Shown: positions 1 to 9,660 of the stretch, piece by piece
Position numbering within the stretch: the first letter of the stretch is position 1
How the letters are laid out: each line of letters begins with the position of its first letter
Virus record (IMG/VR): IMGVR_UViG_3300026488_000246
Span: 83,463-147,462 of that record
Source of the DNA: a virus
Taxonomy: Duplodnaviria > Heunggongvirae > Uroviricota > Caudoviricetes
Length of the DNA: 64,000 nucleotides
Strand: one strand, 5' to 3'
Notes under the pieces: generated by a model
Told to the model about the DNA's origin: nothing
The model's input: the letters and a program-made list of their open reading frames with translations, nothing else
Database searches by the model: none
Made by a program: the position numbers and the translations under genes

Positions 1-1
1 A

Positions 2-613
2 ATTTCTCAGAAACCACTCTCTGGGTTTGACATTGATGAGATATCTATCGTACATAAACAAGATAAGATTACAACACCTTTGATTGCTGATAGTCCAGAG
101 GAAATCGTTGAATATCTTGAACGTTTACGTAGCCAAGATTTAGAATTACTTATCGTACCAATAGGAGCTCCTGGTTCTGGTAAATCTACATTAAGAAAGA
201 AACTGCAAGAAGCTTTTGATGATTTAGATGTTGTTTCTTTTGATGATCTTAGAGTTCAACTTTACACAGGAGATCCAACTAAAACTAAGGAAGATCTATC
301 TACCGAGGAGTATCAGAAAGCTTTTGAATTTTGCAAACGCAGAGATCTGAATTCTATTCTACAGCAGTTTATTAGACGTTCCAAATTCGTTTATGTGGAT
401 AATACAAACACGTCCAATAGACAAAGAAATGTTGCAATATCATCAGCCAAAAACAAGATTAAGATAGGCATCTTCTTTATGAATTCTTTAGAAGAAATAC
501 TTAAAAGAAATTCATCAAGAGAACCAAAGATCCCAGAAGATGCTATCCGATTTCATTATTTTAGAACTCAATATCCAAGTTATAAGCATTTTGATTTTAT
601 AGTGCTCTTTTAA
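2..613 (+). CDS. P-loop kinase, polynucleotide kinase-like (5'-truncated at window edge)
   Basis: Reading frame is open from the window start. Walker A motif GAPGSGKST. Lies next to an RNA ligase, as in the T4 Pnk/Rnl tRNA-repair pair. Confidence 0.55.
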   Translation: MSQKPLSGFDIDEISIVHKQDKITTPLIADSPEEIVEYLERLRSQDLELLIVPIGAPGSGKSTLRKKLQEAFDDLDVVSFDDLRVQLYTGDPTKTKEDLSTEEYQKAFEFCKRRDLNSILQQFIRRSKFVYVDNTNTSNRQRNVAISSAKNKIKIGIFFMNSLEEILKRNSSREPKIPEDAIRFHYFRTQYPSYKHFDFIVLF

Positions 614-1347
614 TGGGGATCTTCCCTACCCTATCTTTTTCGGAGGTAGCCATGTACAGAGAGAAGCTTGCAAAACTTGTAAATGAACAACGTTCTGAAA
701 ATCATGATGAGTTAACTGACTTAGATAGAGATATATTGGTGGCTATGCTGAGATACATATTCATCGAAACTGGTGAAGCAATATATGAAAGAGGGAGACT
801 GAAACCTAATGCAATTTTTAGAACGGAAAAAGAATTGAGAGATTTGCTTAACTACTTTGGTATAACGATCGATGATTTGAGGGATATATCACTTTCAGAC
901 AACACTGTTTATTATGAAGATCTATTTAGATATGGGTTGATGAAATTCAGAGATTTTGCCACGTATATTATTGAGCATTATCCAGATAGAATAATCCGAT
1001 TTCTGATTTATCCACTTTGGGATCGTGTAATCTACGGAATATCTTGTAATATGAAAGGGAAAATCCTTATAAAGACGTTTACTATTCAACTTCTCATCGG
1101 ATTAATAGGAGGATGGTTGTTGGATATGCATATAGTAGATATTGTTGATGTTATCATCCTCTTCTCATTATGTACAGTACTTTTAATGGGTTATATGATC
1201 TATGAAGTTCAAAGAACTGTACCATCGGATAATTATACAAGTTTCAAACAATGGAAGAAGAAAGTAGTTCCTAAACTAAAAAGAAAAGCATCAAGTCAAC
1301 ATGAGGGAGAAGATCCATTAGGAATAGAAGAGACTAATCTTCGTTGA
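613..1347 (+). CDS. hypothetical membrane protein
   Basis: 244-aa ORF. C-terminal hydrophobic helices (LLIGLIGGWLL..., IILFSLCTVLLMGYMIY). Confidence 0.6.
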   Translation: MGIFPTLSFSEVAMYREKLAKLVNEQRSENHDELTDLDRDILVAMLRYIFIETGEAIYERGRLKPNAIFRTEKELRDLLNYFGITIDDLRDISLSDNTVYYEDLFRYGLMKFRDFATYIIEHYPDRIIRFLIYPLWDRVIYGISCNMKGKILIKTFTIQLLIGLIGGWLLDMHIVDIVDVIILFSLCTVLLMGYMIYEVQRTVPSDNYTSFKQWKKKVVPKLKRKASSQHEGEDPLGIEETNLR

Positions 1348-1369
1348 AGCTTCCAGAAGGAGGTCAATC

Positions 1370-2497
1370 ATGATAGACAAGCTCATGGATATATGCAAAA
1401 CTAACAAAGCCTTTGCATACAAAACATGGGAAGAAGATGGTAGAAGATTGATAACGTTTTTCTATAATATCCAACATGATGATATGTTTAAAACACCAGA
1501 AGAAAGGGAGATAAGAGGTATTGTTTTCGATTATGATACAGGAGAGATTGTTTCACGGCCATTCCATAAATTCTTCAACATAGGAGAAAGAGGGATTTCA
1601 CCTAATCCAGATAGTATTATCATGATTCAGGAAAAAGTAGATGGTTCTATGATTCATCCTTACCTAACCAAAACTCATATAGGATGGAAAACAAAGAAAT
1701 CTCCAGTTTCTGATGTTGCAATCACATTCAAGAAATGGTTATCACAACACCCACAACAACACAGTCTAGAAAGATTTGTCTATGATTTGCTTTCTGAGGG
1801 ATATACACCTATATTCGAATTTTACCACCCAAAACATAGAATTGTTGTTGACTATGGCAATCAACCTTTCATAAAGCTACTTGCAATAAGAAAAAATGGT
1901 ACAGGAGAATACTTCCACTTTCTAACTCATGAAGATATAGCTATCATGTTTGGTAACTATCCAATACTTACACCAGATTTCATTCCTAAGAGATATGATT
2001 TCAATCTTGACCAATTAAAAGAGATTCAGCAAACTTATAAGGATCAAGAAGGTTTTGTAGTTGTAGATGATGTTGACTTTTACAAAGTTAAAGTTGTTTG
2101 GTATCTTGATAGACACAATCTTTACAACATTTCAGACAGGGCTTTATGGGAGATGATTGTACTCGATAGAATAGATGATATTGAAGCATTAGCTAGACAA
2201 CTGAAGTATGATGATATACTAAGAAGAATTGATAAACTTAAGAAGCTTTATTTTGATTTGATTCAACAGATAACAGACGTTGTTAAACTGTTTAATGAAA
2301 GCTTTAGACATCTTCAAGGTAAGGAAAGGGCCTTGAAAGCTAATGAGTTTCTTGATTCTTTTGCTTTACCAAAAGAACTAAGGTCTCTTGCATTTAGTTT
2401 GATTATGAGACAAGTTGACAATGCTGAACAAGAAGTAATCAAAGCAATAAAGAAGAAACACACTGTTTACTGGAAGTATGTAAGAAACTTACTGTGA
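1370..2497 (+). CDS. ATP-dependent RNA ligase (Rnl-like nucleotidyltransferase)
   Basis: RBS AGGAGG. Ligase motif I KxDG (EKVDGSM), motif IV EGFVV, motif V FYKVKVV. Confidence 0.6.
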   Translation: MIDKLMDICKTNKAFAYKTWEEDGRRLITFFYNIQHDDMFKTPEEREIRGIVFDYDTGEIVSRPFHKFFNIGERGISPNPDSIIMIQEKVDGSMIHPYLTKTHIGWKTKKSPVSDVAITFKKWLSQHPQQHSLERFVYDLLSEGYTPIFEFYHPKHRIVVDYGNQPFIKLLAIRKNGTGEYFHFLTHEDIAIMFGNYPILTPDFIPKRYDFNLDQLKEIQQTYKDQEGFVVVDDVDFYKVKVVWYLDRHNLYNISDRALWEMIVLDRIDDIEALARQLKYDDILRRIDKLKKLYFDLIQQITDVVKLFNESFRHLQGKERALKANEFLDSFALPKELRSLAFSLIMRQVDNAEQEVIKAIKKKHTVYWKYVRNLL

Positions 2498-2505
2498 GGT
2501 TAGAA

Positions 2506-2889
2506 ATGGATATCGTATTCTTTTGTCCAGAAGAAACAATGCCTGCTAGACTGGAGTTTGAACTGGGTTGTTTTCTTCATTTCTTCTTGAAGAAGAGGTG
2601 TTGTTATATGGAATCAGATTACTACATGTTTGACGATTTTTGGATAACATTTGATGCAAATACAATAAAGATAATAGACCAAGAAGAGAATGAAGTTTAC
2701 GTTGCTGTCGATTTTTCATTCGGTAATGAATTCACCCTTCAGTCACTAGAAGAAACATTCACATTTAAACTTATAAGAACTGATGAATTTCATGTAAAAC
2801 TACCAGAGTCCGAGGTGGTTAAACTCGAGAAATTCGTAGAGGATCTCAATAAAACCATACATAACAATAGCGTCGAGGAAGTTCTCTAA
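2506..2889 (+). CDS. hypothetical protein
   Basis: ORF with GAGG RBS. Followed by a hairpin terminator. Confidence 0.5.
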   Translation: MDIVFFCPEETMPARLEFELGCFLHFFLKKRCCYMESDYYMFDDFWITFDANTIKIIDQEENEVYVAVDFSFGNEFTLQSLEETFTFKLIRTDEFHVKLPESEVVKLEKFVEDLNKTIHNNSVEEVL

Positions 2890-2896
2890 CTCTGTA

Positions 2897-2940
2897 TGGG
2901 GTTCAGGATCTGATACAGACGATCCTGAACCCCCACAATC
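2897..2940 (+). terminator. hairpin terminator
   Basis: Inverted repeat GGGGTTCAGGATC / GATCCTGAACCCC. Confidence 0.5.
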
Positions 2941-2960
2941 TTTCATCAAGGGAGGATCAA

Positions 2961-4418
2961 ATGCAACTAACTAAAGAGCAACAAACGGTGGTTGATACTG
3001 TTGGAAACTTAGACTCTCACTTAGTTATCAATGCTTATGCAGGTACAGGTAAAACTACAACACTAGTAGCTATCGCTGAAAGTTATCCACAATACAGATT
3101 TCTTTATCTTGCTTATAACAGATCTGTTAAAGAAGAAGCTGAAGCTAGATTTCCTTCTAATGTAAAAGTATTAACAACACATGGTTTAGGATATAGATGG
3201 TACATAACTCATGTAGGGAAACCAAACTTAGGATACAATATAAGACCTTATACTCTTTGTGAATTGTATGATATTGATTATAAATCAGCATATTATGCAA
3301 CACGAATTTTCCATGAATATTGCAATAGCATTGATAAAGATATGCATACTATAGCAAAACAAATAGCTTATAGTGCTACTGATGATAAGGATTATATTTA
3401 TCGAGGAAGAGATGCAGCTTTACTTTTATGGAAGGATATGAAAGATAGAGTTGTAGAGATTACACATGATTTCTATCTTAAACTAGCATCAGAATCTGAT
3501 TGTAGTGAATTGTTAACTGGTTATGATTTTATTTTGCTAGATGAAGCACAAGATACTAATCCTGTTGTATTTAAGATATTACTGAATTCTGGTAAGCCTA
3601 TCATTGCTGTTGGAGATATTCATCAGAAGATTTATGGTTTCAGAAATGCTATGGATGTAATGAGTAAACTTCATGATAAGCATGGTGCTAAACTACTCTA
3701 TCTAACTGAAAGTTTTAGATTTCCACAGGAAATTGCAAACTTAGCTTATGAATGGCTTAAACTTAAACCAAACTTCAATCCAAAAATTTATCCTGAAATT
3801 AAAGGGTTAGGTCCAAAAGATCCAAGAGCAAAATCAGAAGCTTACATTACAAGGACTAATCCAGGAATTGTTGAGAAAATAGCTTCTGTTGATCCTAAGA
3901 AGGATTTTTATTCGTATAGAACTCCATCAGAAATTTTTGCACTACCTATGGTAATTGCTAAGCATTTCAATGGATATGTACCTCCTATAAAGCTTCCAGA
4001 AAATCTTGAAAAATTTGTATCAAAATTTGATACATTAGGTGACCTCTTTAAATATGCAAAAGATGCTAATGATATTGAAGTTAAGAAATCAATCGAGATT
4101 GTTGAAAAGTATGGTCATAGATTAACTGAACTATACAAATTACTAAAATCAAAAAATAGAAAGAAAAAGGGACTTTGTATATTAACAGCTCATACATCAA
4201 AAGGACTGGAATTTGGTACAGTTACATTAGGTGGAGATTGGGAATGGAAAACACAGAAAAATAGCCAACAAGAAATAGAAGAATATAATCTTATGTATGT
4301 TGCAATAACAAGAGCCATCCATACTCTGTATCCAAATGAAATAGTAAAAGATAAACTGAAACTTGGGAATGATTTCTACATAACAAGAAAAGCTTTATCT
4401 GTTGAAGAAATTTTCTAG
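2961..4418 (+). CDS. SF1 DNA helicase, UvrD/PcrA-like
   Basis: Motif I AYAGTGKTT, motif II LLDEAQD, C-terminal TAHTSKGLEFGTV. Confidence 0.65.
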   Translation: MQLTKEQQTVVDTVGNLDSHLVINAYAGTGKTTTLVAIAESYPQYRFLYLAYNRSVKEEAEARFPSNVKVLTTHGLGYRWYITHVGKPNLGYNIRPYTLCELYDIDYKSAYYATRIFHEYCNSIDKDMHTIAKQIAYSATDDKDYIYRGRDAALLLWKDMKDRVVEITHDFYLKLASESDCSELLTGYDFILLDEAQDTNPVVFKILLNSGKPIIAVGDIHQKIYGFRNAMDVMSKLHDKHGAKLLYLTESFRFPQEIANLAYEWLKLKPNFNPKIYPEIKGLGPKDPRAKSEAYITRTNPGIVEKIASVDPKKDFYSYRTPSEIFALPMVIAKHFNGYVPPIKLPENLEKFVSKFDTLGDLFKYAKDANDIEVKKSIEIVEKYGHRLTELYKLLKSKNRKKKGLCILTAHTSKGLEFGTVTLGGDWEWKTQKNSQQEIEEYNLMYVAITRAIHTLYPNEIVKDKLKLGNDFYITRKALSVEEIF

Positions 4419-4433
4419 AAAACAAGTTTGCAA

Positions 4434-4461
4434 AATCATTTATATAAAACTGATAGAAAGC
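4434..4461 (+). promoter_or_regulatory. repeated promoter-like motif B (AATCATTTATATAAAACTGATAGAAAGC)
   Basis: Near-identical copies at 36694, 49996 and 61221. Each lies upstream of a + strand gene. Confidence 0.45.
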
Positions 4462-4521
4462 ATTCTTAGTGGGTCGTTGTTGACCCGCTGTTTAAAAAAC
4501 TTTCAAGAAATGAGGTAGGAC

Positions 4522-5220
4522 ATGCTGAAACCCAAGACATGCAAAACCAAGATCAAATTTATCGCTCCAATTCTTGGATCTGCACCACCAACACCAGATA
4601 TTTATGAAAGGTATCTCAGGAAGAAACTTGAGAAGGAGATCGAAAAGATTGAAAAGAGATTACAAAAGAAACCAGATCCTATGCTACAAGAGAAACTTGA
4701 ATCATTACGAGAAGAATATGAAAGGATACCAATACTCGCGGAGATCGAACCACATGAAGAGAAGCTTACAATATTCTACAGAGATGAAAACAACTATCCA
4801 GTCATCAGAGCACATCAGGTGCTTGGATTTCTCAAAGAAGTTGGCAATGCATTTAAAGATAAGATAGGTATCAAGAATCTTAGACAGAAGATAAACTACT
4901 ATGTAGCTGTTAGACCTATTGAGATTCCACTTTTCAGAGATGAGGATCTTACAGAGCGAATAGCAAAACCTGATGAACTTTTTGAGAGACCGCTCAGAGC
5001 TCAAACTTCTCAGGGACCAAGATCTAGTATAGCTAAGTCTGAAAAGCTTGATCCTCCTGTATATGCAGAATTTGAAATCCATATACTTCCCAATAAGCAA
5101 GGAGTTAATGAAAAACTCATTAAGCAATTACTAGATCTTGGAGTTTACAGAGGGATCTCTCAATGGTCTAATAGTAACTACTATGGAACATTTGAAGTTG
5201 TAGAATTCAAATGTGAGTAA
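4522..5220 (+). CDS. hypothetical protein
   Basis: 232-aa ORF with RBS GAGGTAGG. Confidence 0.7.
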   Translation: MLKPKTCKTKIKFIAPILGSAPPTPDIYERYLRKKLEKEIEKIEKRLQKKPDPMLQEKLESLREEYERIPILAEIEPHEEKLTIFYRDENNYPVIRAHQVLGFLKEVGNAFKDKIGIKNLRQKINYYVAVRPIEIPLFRDEDLTERIAKPDELFERPLRAQTSQGPRSSIAKSEKLDPPVYAEFEIHILPNKQGVNEKLIKQLLDLGVYRGISQWSNSNYYGTFEVVEFKCE

Positions 5221-6102
5221 TGGGAAAGTCCTGCCTAGTACTGTGAAGGTTAAGCGTTGTATTGTGAGGTTAAGGTGGCGTCCCGTTCCGCAGAGGTTAA
5301 GTGTCGTATTGTCAGGGTCCCGTAGCGTCCCGTTCCGTAAAGGTATAGTTAGGCACAGTTAGGTTAGGGTTTTGTGAGGTTCTGTTACGTGAAGATTCTG
5401 TTGAGGTAACGTGTAGTTTGGTGAGGTGCTGGTTCTGTGCCGTGCTGTACTATTGAGGTTTTGTATCCATTAACATAAACATCTAAGAACTCTCTTATGA
5501 ACCAAATTAAAGGAGGAATTATGAAACCTACATGAAGCATTTACATTAAGAAAATCATAGTTGCAGTTAAACTATAAGAACCAACTCTCTGCAGTCAGGA
5601 GAGTTGGTTATCAGTTACTAAATCAAATGAAACTTTCAGAAGCAATTGAATTTAAGAAACTTAAAGACTACATAGCCAACCCAGGCAAGTTCTTTACAGA
5701 ACTTGTCAGGTTGGTAAAGAGCAGTTACCGCGTACCTGCATTCCAGAACTTCATGTTTTCTAATTGAATTTCTGGTTTAAGGTACGCATTGTATCGTCTC
5801 GTAGTGGTATCGTTTGGTCTGGTGCAGGTATTGTATAGTTTGGTGTTGTGTAGGTGGAGTCATGTTTAGCAATAGTTATGCGGTGTTTGGTGATGTGTAG
5901 GTGGCGTCATGTTTAGCAATGGTAATGCGGTGTTTGGTGACGTCATGGTGACGTATTGTTTCGTTATGTAGAGGTGTTGTACTGTTGTGGTTATGTCCTG
6001 TACTGTTGTGGTTGTGTTCTGTTGCGTACTGTTTCTGGGTCCTTGGAGCTAATCGTGGTTCCAAGGACCTCTCCTTTCACAACAAAAAAAGGAGGTAGAA
6101 AC
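5221..6102 (+). repeat. G+T-skewed, GC-elevated noncoding repeat island with two 47-bp tandem duplications
   Basis: First 47-bp tandem pair at 5247-5293 / 5294-5340 (AGGTTAAG.GT.GTATTGT.AGG...GCGTCCCGTTCCG). Second 47-bp tandem pair at 5848-5894 / 5895-5941. GTACTGTTGTGGTT occurs twice. Hairpins at 5578-5608 and 6038-6069. Almost no A-runs, in a genome that is otherwise AT-rich. Confidence 0.6.
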
Positions 6103-7164
6103 ATGGAGAACCTTATTCGCACTAAACCAATTATCAAACTCAGAAAGCTTGGTAACTACTACAAAGCATTTTTTGATTCATCAAAAGCTTTAACACTCAG
6201 AGATTTAGATGAGAATGTAATCTGGAAGGAAGAAGTAGTTCCAGAGTTGCTTGATATATCTATTACTAAGAAGTGTAATTTCAAATGTCCATATTGCTAT
6301 CAATCTGCAGGTGAAGGAATGCATATGACTATGGAAGATTTTGAATGGTTACTAGATTTTATGGGAGAAGATAAGCCTTTTCAAGTAGCACTTGGAGGTG
6401 GAGAAGTTATATGCAATCCTTGGTTTAAAGAAATGCTTAAGAAATGGTACGAGAATGGTGTAGTACCAAACTATACAACCAATGGTTATACTCTTCTTGA
6501 TGAAGATGCTGTTAAAGCCACAATCAAATATTGTGGAGGAGTAGCATTAACTTATCACTGGCATGATTTATCATTGTTTAAACAAGCTTTAGAAGTACTT
6601 ACTAAACTCCCAATTCAAAGAAACATTCACCTTATTGTTGGTAAACCACATGTAAATAAGCTTGAATCTGTTATTGAAGAACTCAAGGACAAAGTTGATG
6701 CTATAGTACTTTTGGAGTTCCATGACATAGGAAGAGGTAATCAATTCAAAGATTGGAAACTAAGCAGAGAAGATAAGGATCATATTAAGAAGCTTCTTCT
6801 AAAATATGGAAAACAAGGTAAACTTGCTGTAGGAGCCTCTCTAATTCCATTAGCAATTGAAACTGTTGTGGAGGATGGAGCTGATAAAACTTTCGTTGAG
6901 CAATTCTATTACAACCCTGAAAGTCTTCTTACTGGGTATGTAAATGAGCAATTACAATTAGCACCATCTTCTTTCTGGACAGGTGAAAAGATTGATCTTA
7001 AACAATTTAAATCTTTCAGAGAAGCTTACAATAGTCCTTTGATGAAAGAATTAAGGAAGAAACAATATGAATTAAGAAAGATATGTGATTATGCTTATAT
7101 ATGTAATGGTGGTATGCATGCTGATTGTTGTAAAGATTGTAGATTGAAGAAGGCTTTGGTTTAA
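6103..7164 (+). CDS. radical SAM enzyme with C-terminal Cys cluster (SPASM/twitch-like peptide-modifying type)
   Basis: RBS AAAGGAGG. CxxxCxxC motif (CNFKCPYC). GGGEV motif. C-terminal CDYAYICNGGMHADCCKDC. Confidence 0.75.
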   Translation: MENLIRTKPIIKLRKLGNYYKAFFDSSKALTLRDLDENVIWKEEVVPELLDISITKKCNFKCPYCYQSAGEGMHMTMEDFEWLLDFMGEDKPFQVALGGGEVICNPWFKEMLKKWYENGVVPNYTTNGYTLLDEDAVKATIKYCGGVALTYHWHDLSLFKQALEVLTKLPIQRNIHLIVGKPHVNKLESVIEELKDKVDAIVLLEFHDIGRGNQFKDWKLSREDKDHIKKLLLKYGKQGKLAVGASLIPLAIETVVEDGADKTFVEQFYYNPESLLTGYVNEQLQLAPSSFWTGEKIDLKQFKSFREAYNSPLMKELRKKQYELRKICDYAYICNGGMHADCCKDCRLKKALV

Positions 7165-7172
7165 CTATGTAT

Positions 7173-7198
7173 GGTGGGCTTTGTCCCACCAGTTTTTA
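7173..7198 (+). terminator. rho-independent terminator
   Basis: Stem GGTGGGCTTTGTCCCACC followed by a T-run. Confidence 0.7.
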
Positions 7199-7214
7199 TT
7201 CGATGTTGTTTCTT

Positions 7215-7267
7215 TAGTAACTAACCATATAATTGTATACAACTATATTACAAAATGAAACGCTTCC
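7215..7267 (+). promoter_or_regulatory. conserved intergenic cassette A (TAGTAACTAACCATATAATTGTATACAACTATATTACAAAATGAAACGCTTCC)
   Basis: Six copies in the window (7215, 7621, 8014, 41907, 43207, 55774). Each ends 10-20 nt upstream of a start codon. Confidence 0.55.
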
Positions 7268-7286
7268 TCAGTTTCTTGGAGGAAAC

Positions 7287-7640
7287 ATGGTTTCTTTTCT
7301 ACATCCATCGAGTATAACTGCTTCAGCTCTAGTATGTGCTACTTTTAGAAAAGTTAAACCAGCTAAGACTAAATCGATAACGTTTCTTAGTATTAGCTTT
7401 GATGATCTAATACAACATTTAGAATTACATGCAGAAGAAACATATTGTCGTTCATCAGGTGTAAAGCTCTCGATACAAACAAATGGAAATCCATCTAGAT
7501 TAATTGCAGAATTAATAGCACCAAAAATGGATGAGGAGTATGTAAGTCGACGAGAATCACTACAAAGGGAACTTGAATTGCTTGGTTACACAATTGTAGA
7601 TGGGTTCAGCATGAAACAGTTAGACCTAACCTTATTGTAA
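7287..7640 (+). CDS. small protein, divergent member of the TNSS N-motif family (paralog of 7681..8016)
   Basis: RBS GGAGG. Shares VRPAKTK...ISF.ELIQ.LELHAEE...RESLQ.ELELLG with the next gene. N-terminus SFLHPSSITAS. Confidence 0.6.
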   Translation: MVSFLHPSSITASALVCATFRKVKPAKTKSITFLSISFDDLIQHLELHAEETYCRSSGVKLSIQTNGNPSRLIAELIAPKMDEEYVSRRESLQRELELLGYTIVDGFSMKQLDLTLL

Positions 7641-7664
7641 CCATATACAACTTGAAACGTTTCC
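7621..7664 (+). promoter_or_regulatory. intergenic cassette A (short variant)
   Basis: CCTAACCTTAT...CTTGAAACGTTTCC. Overlaps the stop codon of the upstream gene. Confidence 0.45.
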
Positions 7665-7680
7665 GTGATACGGAGGTTTC

Positions 7681-8016
7681 ATGAGATCTTTAAACTCATC
7701 ATTCATTACAAACAGTAGCACAACTGTTACTTTCGTTAGATTAAGAAGAGTTAGACCAGCTAAAACCAAAATGATAACAATGTTGAATATTTCGTTTGAA
7801 GAATTAATTCAACAACATCTTGAGTTACATGCAGAGGAAGCAGTAGATGGCTTTGGTTCACAAATTATTGTTGAAACTGTAGAAGAACCAAGATTACTTG
7901 CTAGGCTATGCTCCACTAGTGTTTACTCTGAATATGAAGATAAACGAGAATCTTTACAAAAAGAACTAGAGCTACTTGGTTTTTCAGTGATTGATGAGGT
8001 CTCTGTTGATTGTTAG
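7681..8016 (+). CDS. small protein of the TNSS N-motif family
   Basis: N-terminus MRSLNSSFITNSSTTVTFV. Confidence 0.7.
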   Translation: MRSLNSSFITNSSTTVTFVRLRRVRPAKTKMITMLNISFEELIQQHLELHAEEAVDGFGSQIIVETVEEPRLLARLCSTSVYSEYEDKRESLQKELELLGFSVIDEVSVDC

Positions 8017-8060
8017 TTACCTAACCTTATACTATTTTTGTTAATTTAGAAACGTTTCCA
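8014..8060 (+). promoter_or_regulatory. intergenic cassette A
   Basis: TAGTTACCTAACCTTATA...TTAGAAACGTTTCCACCAATGGAGG. Confidence 0.5.
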
Positions 8061-8077
8061 CCAATGGAGGTTGCATA

Positions 8078-9289
8078 ATGTATCAAATCATAGTAAAGGA
8101 TAAGGATACAAACCAACTCTATAGGCTAAGCTATACAACTTACAGGAAAATGAAAGAGAATCCTGATTATCATTTATCGTATCCAGGGTTAGGACCAGTG
8201 ATTTCATCAAAAGAATTCTTTGATAAATTTGAAATAGTAGGTCCTACAACAGCTAAGGTTGATTATCCAACTATTAAGCAATGGTTGTATCAATCTGCTA
8301 GTTGTAAAGGACAGTATGTAATAGCGGAAGATAACGAAGGTAATAGTTATGTAACCTATGCACACACAACACTAGGTAAGCAAATTATCCAATTTATAAA
8401 AGGTGAAACTGATAGAATCTTGTATTATGGTCAAGATGTAACGGATATCATCAAACATCTTAATTTTCGGTTTCTAACTCATACTCAATATAGTAAATGG
8501 AAACAAGATAAGGAAGTGAAGCCACTTAGAACCTTCATATCTACCAAACTTGGTATACGTCCTTCTGTGGATGTTGAAAAACTTTTTCACCATTTCTTTT
8601 TCAAATCAAAGCTTACAGGTAAAACGTATACCTTATCCATTAACTACACCAGGAATGATTTTGATCATAGGCTAAGCTTTGAGGAAGTATACTATAAGAA
8701 ATGCCCTGCATGGCTCAAAATTCGCATTTCACCAAAGCTATTCTTATCTTTATTTGAATTCACGGGTGAAGAGTTTTATGGAATGAGATCTAGACCTATG
8801 CATTATCCATCTTTATTTGAATCTGATGAAGCTTTATCTATTCGTCATAATAGACTCTATGATCCACAATTAGATATGGTAATCAACCTCAAAGATAATC
8901 GTTGTGTCATAGATTGGTTGTTTAAAGGCGAATTTGTGAAGTATGGTGTAGCATTCAAACATACAGTTTCACACTTTAACGTTATAACCAAAGAAATTCT
9001 TAGCAAAAAGAAAGCTTTAACATTCTACAACTATTATCTGCTTCGTGGACTACATGAGAAAGATCTACCTTCCATAACAAAGCTTAATAGACCAATGGAT
9101 GAGTTTTATGTTTATCTTGTACTTAAGAATGGTAGAATCTTAAAGCATGCTGTTGTAGCTAAGCATATTTCACAAGTTTATCATAAACATAAGGAAATGT
9201 TGGATAGCATTATAGTTTTCAAAGTAGCAGGACGTTTCAATTATCTTGAAGGTAAAATCAAAGAGGTTCGTAAATGTTTGTTGAAGTAG
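8078..9289 (+). CDS. hypothetical protein
   Basis: 403-aa ORF directly downstream of cassette A and its embedded RBS. Confidence 0.7.
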   Translation: MYQIIVKDKDTNQLYRLSYTTYRKMKENPDYHLSYPGLGPVISSKEFFDKFEIVGPTTAKVDYPTIKQWLYQSASCKGQYVIAEDNEGNSYVTYAHTTLGKQIIQFIKGETDRILYYGQDVTDIIKHLNFRFLTHTQYSKWKQDKEVKPLRTFISTKLGIRPSVDVEKLFHHFFFKSKLTGKTYTLSINYTRNDFDHRLSFEEVYYKKCPAWLKIRISPKLFLSLFEFTGEEFYGMRSRPMHYPSLFESDEALSIRHNRLYDPQLDMVINLKDNRCVIDWLFKGEFVKYGVAFKHTVSHFNVITKEILSKKKALTFYNYYLLRGLHEKDLPSITKLNRPMDEFYVYLVLKNGRILKHAVVAKHISQVYHKHKEMLDSIIVFKVAGRFNYLEGKIKEVRKCLLK

Positions 9290-9660
9290 GTTTGCTTAGA
9301 TGCTCTAGACCTTTACCCATGAAACATAGGGGATCTTTGTGGATCCCTGTTGCCTCTATATTTCGACGTTTCAAACATAATGTTTTGCTGTTTTACAATA
9401 CGTTTATATATGAACCTATAACTACCTTTAAGCAATACGGAATTTTCTATAACTTAGGATCTATTATGGACGAGGATTGTCAGCGATTTATTGCCATTAA
9501 TGCTAAATCCCATGAAAAGTTTCTTAAGTTTTATAGAGAAACTAGGCATGAGGATTCATGGTCACAATTTGTTTACAAAAGTATTAAAACTTTACCTGAT
9601 TTCTTGCTAGAATTCAATGTTGAAAAACAATGTTTTGAGAGGTTTGAAATTGGTTGTTGA
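9274..9660 (+). CDS. hypothetical protein
   Basis: ORF with GAGGT RBS. Overlaps its neighbours. Confidence 0.45.
   Translation: MFVEVGLLRCSRPLPMKHRGSLWIPVASIFRRFKHNVLLFYNTFIYEPITTFKQYGIFYNLGSIMDEDCQRFIAINAKSHEKFLKFYRETRHEDSWSQFVYKSIKTLPDFLLEFNVEKQCFERFEIGC

Noticed and set aside
4574-5127. Overlapping ORFs 4574..4867 (+) and 4705..5127 (-) inside gene 4522..5220
   Set aside because: These are alternative frames of a well-supported gene. No RBS, and the composition is odd.
5848-5941. Possible CRISPR-like array
   Set aside because: Only two adjacent 47-bp units with no spacers. It is a tandem duplication, not a repeat-spacer array. No cas genes.
5876-6064. 62-aa His/Asn/Thr-rich ORF on the minus strand
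   Set aside because: It lies entirely inside the GT-rich tandem-repeat island. The composition is an artefact of reading the AC-rich complement. No RBS.
5956-6102. Cys-rich N-terminal extension (VLYCCGYVLYCCGCVLL) of the radical SAM ORF
   Set aside because: It is produced by the GTACTGTTGTGG repeats. The real start is the ATG at 6103 with a perfect AAAGGAGG RBS. A hairpin lies between the extension and the start.
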